Part shown: positions 58,771 through 64,000 of the stretch, piece by piece
Layout of the letters: every line of letters begins with the position of its first letter
Position numbering within the stretch: position 1 is the first letter of the stretch
Source of the DNA: the human T2T-CHM13v2.0 reference genome, Homo sapiens
Strand: one strand, 5' to 3'
DNA: 64,000 nt
Assembly (NCBI RefSeq): GCF_009914755.1
Contig: NC_060939.1
Translations under genes and position numbers: made by a program
The notes under the pieces: generated by a model
What the model was told of the DNA's origin: nothing
What the model saw: the letters and a program-made list of their open reading frames with translations, nothing else
Databases searched by the model: none

Positions 58771-59306
58771 AGATCAGCCTGCAATCTAATTGTACAAGTA
58801 ATTTCTTGAGACAACCATCATATCATGGTTTTGCATCTTTCCCATTTCATTACACAGAATATTAAAGAGATGTGAATTCAAGAATCAAAACTTAATATAA
58901 TTAACGTTTTTATTATTTCACCTTCTTCAGTAAAGCTTCTCTATTTTTCTTAAACTATGAGTGTGTGACTGTAAAAATTATAATGCCCATTAACAAAGTT
59001 TGCAGGCACTGCCTTGATTCACGTTGATGGCAGTTTTACCCATGTTTGCTTTTGTGTCAACTCAATGAAAAAGGAAAATGATGTTTTATTATTACAAAAA
59101 GAGTTGTAATATCATAAAACCCCTAAAAGTCTACCAGAAACCCCTGTAGACCACACTTTGAAACGCTGGATCATATATAAACTAGACTCGAGTTTATACA
59201 GACTATGTATGTTTATAAATGATCTAGTACAAAAGGATATATGTTATACTGTTAACTATAGTGATTATCCGTGCTGAGATAAAACACTCAATAGTAAGTG
59301 TAACAT

Positions 59307-59430
59307 GACTGGGCATGGTGGTGTGTGCCTGTAGTCTGAGCTACTAGGGAGGGTAAGGTGGGAGGATCACTTGAGCTCAGGAGTTTGAGGTTGGTCTGGG
59401 CAACAGACCCCATCTCTTAAATAAATAAAT
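59307..59430 (+). mobile_element. Monomeric Alu (FLAM-like)
   Basis: Single arm of about 120 bp with (TAAA) tail. Confidence 0.75.
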
Positions 59431-59700
59431 GTATGTATGTAACACGAAGTTTTTTTTTTTTAAACCTGTATATGAAACACTTTAAAACCCTCTTGAAGGA
59501 CACAAAAATAGACTTAATCAGAAGAAAAGATTCAAAATAATAAAGATGTCAGTTCTCTCTACATTAATTTATAAATATAAGGTAATAGAAATAGAAGTAC
59601 TAATAGATCTTTTTTCTGCTCAAACTAGACAATCAAATAGTTGGAATGGCTCACGACTATTTAGATCAACTAATGAAACAAGATAAAAAAGATCAAAGCA

Positions 59701-60000
59701 GGCCAGGCGCAGTGGCTCACGCCTGTAATCCCAGAACTTTGGGACGCCGAGGCGGGTGGATCACAAAGTCAGGAGTTTGAGATCAGCCTGACCAACATGG
59801 TGAAACCCCATCTCTACTAAAAATACAAAAATTAGCCAGGCGTGGTGGCGCACACCTGTGGTCCCAGCTACTCAGGAGGCTGAGGCAGGAGAATAACTTG
59901 AACTCGGGAGGTGGAAGCTGTGGTGAGCCGAGATTGCACTACTGCACTCCAGCCTTGGCAACAGAGTGAGACTCTGTATCAAAAAAAACAAAAAACAAAA
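59701..60000 (+). mobile_element. AluS followed by (CA)n
   Basis: Dimeric Alu; (CA)n at 60001-60026. Confidence 0.93.
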
Positions 60001-60721
60001 CACACACACACACACACACACACACAAAACAAGCATAATGGGAAATTTAGAATGTAAAAAGGGTGACATCTCAAAGTTGATGAGTAAAGACGGACTTTAA
60101 AATAAATGATGTTGGTAGCCATTGATAAGAGGCAAAATTAGATTCATATCCCACACTGCACACCAGGACAATTCCATAAAGATCGCAATTTAAATGTAAA
60201 AAATGTGACCACTAAATTATTGGAAGAAAACACTGAGAATTCCTTTATAACCCTGAAGTGAGGAAAGTCTTAACTATGACTCAAAATTCAGAAGCTATGA
60301 AAAAAGAAGATTCACAAGTTTAATTTCTTAAAAATCTTCCACATGACAAAAAATATAATAAGCCAAGTGAAAAGACAACTGACAAACCAGGAAAACATAC
60401 TTTCAACTTATATCACAGACAAAGGGTAATCTCTCTAATGTACAGAGTTGCTACAAATTGAGAAGGAAAAGACCAAAGCCAAAAGAAAAATGAGTAACGA
60501 ACAAAAACAGACTGCAGTTAAAAAAAAAAAAAAGCAAATGGTACTTGAGTATAAGAAAAGATACTCAATCTCACTGACAGTATGAGAAAAGCAAATAAAA
60601 ACTGTGTAGAGATACAAACTACAAAATGAGACTACCTTTATTACAGAGAAATGAAGCAATATTTATCAAAATAACAAATGCATTCACCCTATGACCCACT
60701 AATTTCAATTCTGGGAATCCA

Positions 60722-60722
<1 letters not shown>

Positions 60723-60771
<49 letters not shown>
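60723..60771. repeat. (CA)n microsatellite, about 24 units
   Basis: Read directly. Confidence 0.97.
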
Positions 60772-60773
<2 letters not shown>

Positions 60774-60877
60774 TTATTCATTGTTCACTCTTTGTAATAG
60801 CAGAAGACTAGAAGCAGCCTAATAGTCCGGTAAGGAATGGTAGCCAGTTGTGAAATAGATTTCTGTGTATAGCTACT

Positions 60878-61541
60878 GTATTAGTTTTCTATTGCTGCTG
60901 CCACAAATTACCATAAATTCAGTGGCTTAAAACAACACCTATCATTTGTTATCTCACAGTTCAGTAAGCTAGAAGTCTGACGCTTCTCAGAGTCAGAGAC
61001 TTTTAGTCTCACCAGGCTAAAATCAGATATTGACAAGGGCGTGTGCCCTTCTGGATGCTCTGTGGAACAATCTGCTTCCAATCTCATTCAGGTTGTTGGC
61101 AGAATTCAGTTCCATGTGGTTGTTGGACTGAGGTCCTATTTCCTTGCTGACTATTAGCTGGTAGTTGTTCTCAGCCTCTAGAGGCCGGTCACATTCCCTT
61201 GCTCAACACCCTCCTTTCTCCATCTTCAGAGACATCAAAAGAGGATTGAGTCCTTCTCATGCTTGTATTTCTCTGTCTTCTACTACCTATGTCTCCTGCA
61301 TCATCTTCTACCTCATCTCTCTTACTGACTCTTCTGTCTTCCTCTTCAGCTTTTAAGGGCCTATGTGGTTACACTGGGCTCATCTGCATAATCCAAAATA
61401 AACTGTTATGTTAAAGTGAGTTGATTAGCCATCTTAATTCCATCTGTGAAGTCCCTTCACAGCAGTACCCAGATTATGTGTGAATGAATAACCAGGTGAC
61501 AAGAACCTTGGAGGGAACATCTTTAGAATTCTGCCTACCAT
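60878..61541. mobile_element. MLT1-family MaLR LTR
   Basis: TGTATTAGTTTTCTATTGCTGCTG...AGTGGCTTAAAACAACA start and GAATTCTGCCTACCATA end. Confidence 0.75.
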
Positions 61542-63507
61542 AGACAGAGAAGGGTCTTCTGAATATATTGTTCAATGATAAAAGCAAAGCACAAAAGAGT
61601 ACTAGCTGTTATTATATAACATGCTACATTTTATGTGAGAAAGGATAGCAAATAAGTTTATACTGGAGAAAGAAACACTAGAAAGTTATAACAAAAATTT
61701 ACCACTAGAAGACAAAGGGGGTTGGAGTTAGACTTCTCAGTATATATATTTTAAAAAAAAGTTTGAATGGTAAAAATATATCTATTAGAAAAAACACTGT
61801 AAAAATAAATTATATCAGTGCAGGCTAAGGAATTCTTCTTTTATTCAATAGTTCTACTCTCATTTAGTTTGATGCTCTAATTATCACAAATTTGTCCAGT
61901 GGCACTTCCTTTGAGCTAAATAAATAAAAAGGGAATGCTTGTCTTTAGAGCAAAAATTCAACTAATAAATGTAGAATGACTGATGGAATTTTTAAAAAAT
62001 CACTATTTAGCAACCATCACAGCAATTGATTCAGTCAAGAATCATCAAGTAATAACAAAACTAGTAAGAGTTTGAGGAATAAGAGGACACTTATTTACAT
62101 GGTCTGAAGTATATCCCCACAAGATAATAATTACAAGGGAAAATAGTATCTTTGCTGAGTTTTTTGAAACAACCTTGCAGATATCAACCACAATAGGACA
62201 AATAGATATCATATATCTCCTGATACCACACAATGAAAAATCACAGCATTTCTTCTGTGATGTTTCATGCCAAAAATGTGTAATCTGAATCTAATCATGA
62301 GGAAATATAAGACAAACTCAAATGGAAAAACATGCTCTAAAAAAACTGACCTATGTTCTTCAACAATGCCAATGTCACGGAAACTAAGAAGGCTAAGGAA
62401 CTGTTCTTGATTAAAAGAGATTTAAAAGGCATAACAATTAAGTGTAACAAATATCTTGTTAAAAAGGAACAATAGTGGGATGAATGGTGGAATCTAAATA
62501 AATCTGGGTTAAGGGATACGGTTTATTTGTACTTCTCTTGCAACTTTTCTATAACACTGCAATTATATTATGTCAAACAAAAAGAAGGGGAGAGGAGGGA
62601 ATGGAAGGAAGGCAAAACCAAAATGAAACAAAAAGAACTGATCCAGGACAGTGAGACAATTACAGCTGCTAGAACAAGTTGGTAGAGAGTAATGAAAAAT
62701 AAGGCTGGACAGTAGTGTAGCAGGGACCATGAAAGTCTTTCAAGTCACTCAACATTTACTCATTCAATTAAACATTTATAGATGCTTACTATGTGTCAGG
62801 AACTGGCATGAACTTGTTGTGGAAAAGAATGCTAACTGCCTACTAATATCCATTCTTTGTTTCTTCCTTAAATACAGATTTCCCAAGCCCTATCTGGGCA
62901 TGTGACAATCTATCTAAACTTTACTTCTCAGCTTCTCTTGCATCTATAAATGGCTGCATAAGTAGCTCTGAATAATGAAATGTGAACATATGTGATGAGT
63001 GACACTTCCAAGCCATGCCTAACATTATGGGCTCTCTTGTCCTTTTTTCTGTCCTGCAAGCTAAGATGGGAATCAAGAAATTGAGACCTGAAGCAGTGAT
63101 TTTGAAAGTCTGTATTACTTTCATGGTAAAAGTGGTTAAAAAAAAAAAAAGTGGTAAAAGTTCCAAAGTATAGTGGAAGCACAAAGAAAGGAGTAATTAA
63201 ATGGTTCCATAGGAAAAAAGGTGTCACAGAGGGAATGCTTGAGATGAATACAAAGAACTGAGCAAAGACAAAAAAAAGAATGATATATTTAGGGAATAGT
63301 AATTGTTTCTATTTAAGCTGGAAAATATGCAACAATAGCCTTTAAGACTTTTTAGAGTCATGTGTATATAGGGGTATACATGTACATATATATTTGATAA
63401 AATAAAAAGTAATTTAAGAGATTTGGTACTGATACAAGAATAAACACATCAATGAATAAAAAGAGAGACTAAAAATTTAAATCCAAATACATTAAGATTT
63501 GAGTATA

Positions 63508-63822
63508 CTGTTGTCTCTCAGTAGCTGTGGGGAATTAGTTCCAGCAACCCCCTGCAGATACAAAAATGCAGATGCTGAAGTCCCTTATATAAAATGGCAC
63601 AGTATTTGCATATTATTTAGACATATCTGCATATCCTTCCATATACTTTATATCTAGATTACTTACAATGCCTAATACAATGCCTATACATCACTTCATT
63701 TGTGTGGATTCACTCAATGGACAGCAAATTCAAGTTTGTTTTTTGGAACTTTGTGGAATTTCTTTTTCTAAATATTTTGGATTCATAGTTGGTTGAACCC
63801 ATGGATGTGCTGGGCCAACTGT
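63508..63822 (+). mobile_element. MER2 Tigger-derived MITE
   Basis: TGTGGGGAATTAGTTCCAG...GATGCTGAAGTCCCTTATATAAAATGGC...GGCCAACTG-TA. Confidence 0.8.
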
Positions 63823-64000
63823 ACTATAAAAATGGTATTTCAAACCAGTGAAAAAGAAATATATCATTCAACAGTGGGCAGACAACTGATACACTATTAA
63901 AGAAAAAAAGCATCATCCCTTGGTGCCTTGGTCCATAACTCGATCTTGAGACTAAAATAAATTCAAGAATGATTAAATATTTTTGTAGGAAAAAATGAAA

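Larger units (their letters stand above)
55815..59170. mobile_element. Charlie-type hAT transposon split by an Alu and L1 inserts
   Basis: CAGCAGTTCTCAAAGT left end, AGACCACACTTTGAAACGCTG right end, internal Charlie-like segments. Confidence 0.55.
59460..60850 (+). mobile_element. Old L1 ORF2/3' fragment with nested Alu and (CA)n
   Basis: AAAGATGTCAGTTCTC, TCACAGACAAAGGGTAATCTC, GACCCACTAATTTCAATTCTGGGAAT. Confidence 0.6.

Overview
Human genomic DNA, recognisable as the NR2E3-MYO9A locus (15q23). The + strand holds the complete NR2E3 photoreceptor nuclear receptor gene: 8 coding exons, ATG 3694 to TAG 10634, 410 aa. Convergent on the - strand are the last nine coding exons of MYO9A (end of C1 domain, RhoGAP domain, tail; TGA at 19530-19532) plus a 3' UTR of about 4.3 kb. 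Introns are filled with about 25 Alus, old L1s, a primate L1PA 3' fragment, and hAT/Tigger and MaLR relics. Structure these features do not explain: (1) a diverged copy of NR2E3 exon 4 against the exon 7 acceptor; (2) a perfect 33-bp-stem hairpin in a MYO9A intron; (3) a tailless 5S rRNA retrocopy with TSD and 3' microhomology nested in an L1 3' UTR; (4) a direct repeat bracketing the penultimate MYO9A exon; (5) a candidate frameshifting cryptic exon in the RhoGAP region; (6) a chain of consensus splice sites upstream of NR2E3. Exon coordinates were read by hand from GT/AG boundaries and checked for phase. Repeat family calls are by eye, with approximate edges.
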